Shown here one piece after another: positions 50,242 through 52,228 of a stretch of DNA of 52,228 bases. The DNA is taken from positions 62,001-114,228 of the forward strand of contig JBNGIO010005921.1 of NCBI GenBank assembly GCA_049999805.1. Direction: 5' to 3'. Each line of letters opens with the position of its first letter. Within the stretch, counting starts at the first letter, position 1. Under the pieces are notes generated by a model that was not told the DNA's origin, searched no databases, and worked only from the letters and a program-made list of their open reading frames with translations. The DNA is from Folioceros fuciformis (lineage: Eukaryota). The position numbers and the translations under genes are program-made.

Positions 50242-50679
50242 AGGGCAATACGCAATCAGCTCTTTAGCTGGTACTCCTTGTAACGTGGCTGTCACCGCCT
50301 CTTCTGGATGATGTGATTTGTCAGGTGGCAGTATCAGCACCCTGCTCAGTCGCAGTGTGAGGCTGATGGAAGATCAGTGAATGAGATAAGGGGCTGATGG
50401 GGGGAGATGGAGTGAATCAGACGGAATTCCCCACGAGAATTATGAAGCTGGCCACTGTGAGTATCCTTCCTTGTCTGGTCTGAATTTTTTGAGTCAGATC
50501 TTGCTTCAGAAAGCCCCTAACTCGGTGACTAAAACTTGTTGCGACAGCGCCACTGGTAACGCGGGCCTGGACCTTTGGAGCTCGCGCCGTGAAACCATAT
50601 GTAGTCATTCTAATGTAGAAAACACTGTAAACCTTATGGCCTAAAGGCACCCCCACTGCTACGTTCTTTGACGCCCTGC

Positions 50680-52163
50680 GCGTGTTCATGGCTCACCGTG
50701 TGGCAACTACATTTCCTTCCAGGGAACAGCCCACAAAGGCTCCTGCGTCATCAAACGCAAGAAATCAAAGGGATGCACTTGTGGTGCTGGATGACGGTAG
50801 CTCACCTAACGGGCCTGAACGCTGATGTCAGAGCAGCCTTTGCTGCAGCTGTAGGTGTAACAGGCAGCTGCACCGCCGTCTCCAGCTCGCACGTCTGCCT
50901 CGGCGACTCTAGAGACCCACAAGCCCCACTGCTGCACTGAGGCCCGCGCCCATGGAGAGGTGGACGCGTCCTCCAAAGGCCTTTACTACCCGCTTGGTTT
51001 GGAGAACGATGATGAAGTCCGTCAGTTCTCCGCCAACCTGCACTGGATAGAGACAGTTAAGGTACGAGGGAGGCAGGAAGCAGGTGCTGGGCGTGACAGT
51101 AGCGTGTTCACCTGGGGTCCCCATCCCAACCCGCAGGAGACTATGGCAGACGGTGAAGACCAGGAGCCGTCCACTCTGCGGGCAACCACGAGTCCTGTGT
51201 CTACCTTGTAGGTGACAACCACCCCTGCTTTGATCTTCGTGATGATGGCCAGTCCTTTGGCTCCTCTGAGCACAGAATCAGGTATGGATTTCTCTGGTTC
51301 TAGCTTGCCGATCTGTAAAGGTTACAAGTACGTGAAGAACCGCTCCCGAGAGGAGACCACTGCATTGTAAAGTAGCCTTGAAGGCCAGAAGGTTTTACAT
51401 CAGTGGGGGATGATGGGAGCATGGAAAAGAAGTGGCTTGGGAATGGCAGTGCTGGAAGGGAGCAAACTGGGAGCAGCACCTGGTTAGAGTAATAGCGAAG
51501 AGTGTTGGTGGCTTTGTAAATCTCTTGCTGCATTGATAGCCCTAAGGGGCTGTTCACCCAACCCCTCATGCAGCTGGAGTCGGTGACATCGTGAGTGGAA
51601 AGCTGCGAAGCGTTGCTCACACTGGTCAGCCGTGTAGCCTGTATTGGTTCCAACCTCTCATAACAACTATCACAAACTCGTTGAGGATCCCTGGTCAGGA
51701 ATCTGACAGGCAACAAGCAGCGGGCACTTGAGCATGAGCGACAGAGGAGGCCCCAACAGAAGAGTGTTGGTGGCTTTCTAAATCTCTTGCTGCATTGATA
51801 GCCCTAAGAGGCTGTTCACCCAACCCCTCATGCAGCTGGAGTCGGTGACATCGTGAGTGGCAAGCTGCGAAGCGTTGCTCACACTGGTCAGCGACGTAGA
51901 GCCTGTATTGGTTCCAACCTCTCATAACAACTATCACAAACTCGTTGAGGATCCCTGGTCAGGAATCTGACAGGCAACAAGCAGCGGGCACTTGAGCATG
52001 AGCGACAGAGGAGGCCCCCACAGAAGCGTCAATGGTGCCTGCCGCAAGTGAGCGGCCGAAACGACTCACCGCATTGCATACACGCGAAAGCAGCGCTATC
52101 AGGCATCCACTGACACGGCCCTGTATCAAGCAAGACTTTCAAAGCTGAGGAGCACTCATTCAT
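50680..52163 (-). pseudogene. FYVE zinc finger + SYLF/Ysc84 (SH3YL1-like) domain gene, pseudogene with an internal 262-bp duplication
   Basis: WMPDS..CMQC..RHH*RFCGG (TGA at 52029-52031 replaces a zinc-ligand Cys), PQRVCDSC, LRGAKGLAI, GSWSSPSAI, GPQVGGELTDFIIVL. 4-nt frameshift at ~50910; TGA at 50693-50695 after GAFVGCSLEGNVVATR. Confidence 0.88.
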
Positions 52164-52228
52164 GGCGAGGCTGACCCCTTGCCCTTGCCCATGCCCTTTT
52201 CCTGTCTATCATCACCATCACCCGCACC

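Overview
Eukaryotic nuclear DNA from a gene-dense land-plant genome: short spliceosomal introns, plant-type orthologues, and a PLS-E PPR relic whose E-domain resembles fern-type editing factors (the lineage is a guess). It is a draft scaffold with five N-gaps. Apparently intact genes: FAM32A-like, Agenet-domain protein, cytosolic malate dehydrogenase, organellar uL18-like, ALF4/glomulin, TAP46, a myristoylated EF-hand/TLDc protein, a TMO5/bHLH30-32-type bHLH, AP-2 mu, an RNF4/STUbL-type RING E3, a UVR-HEAT-TPR protein and a UBP27/USP30-like protease. There is also a kinase-like ORF whose 5' half cannot be located, and two host pseudogenes (PPR; FYVE-SYLF). The AT-rich intergenic islands hold decayed mobile elements: a PIF/Harbinger transposase, a restriction-like-endonuclease non-LTR fragment, and a direct-repeat-flanked island. 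The most striking pattern is that short pieces of these dead elements, including transposase coding sequence, have been amplified into tandem arrays at microhomologies. No CRISPR array and no clearly novel multi-gene system is supported by the sequence.
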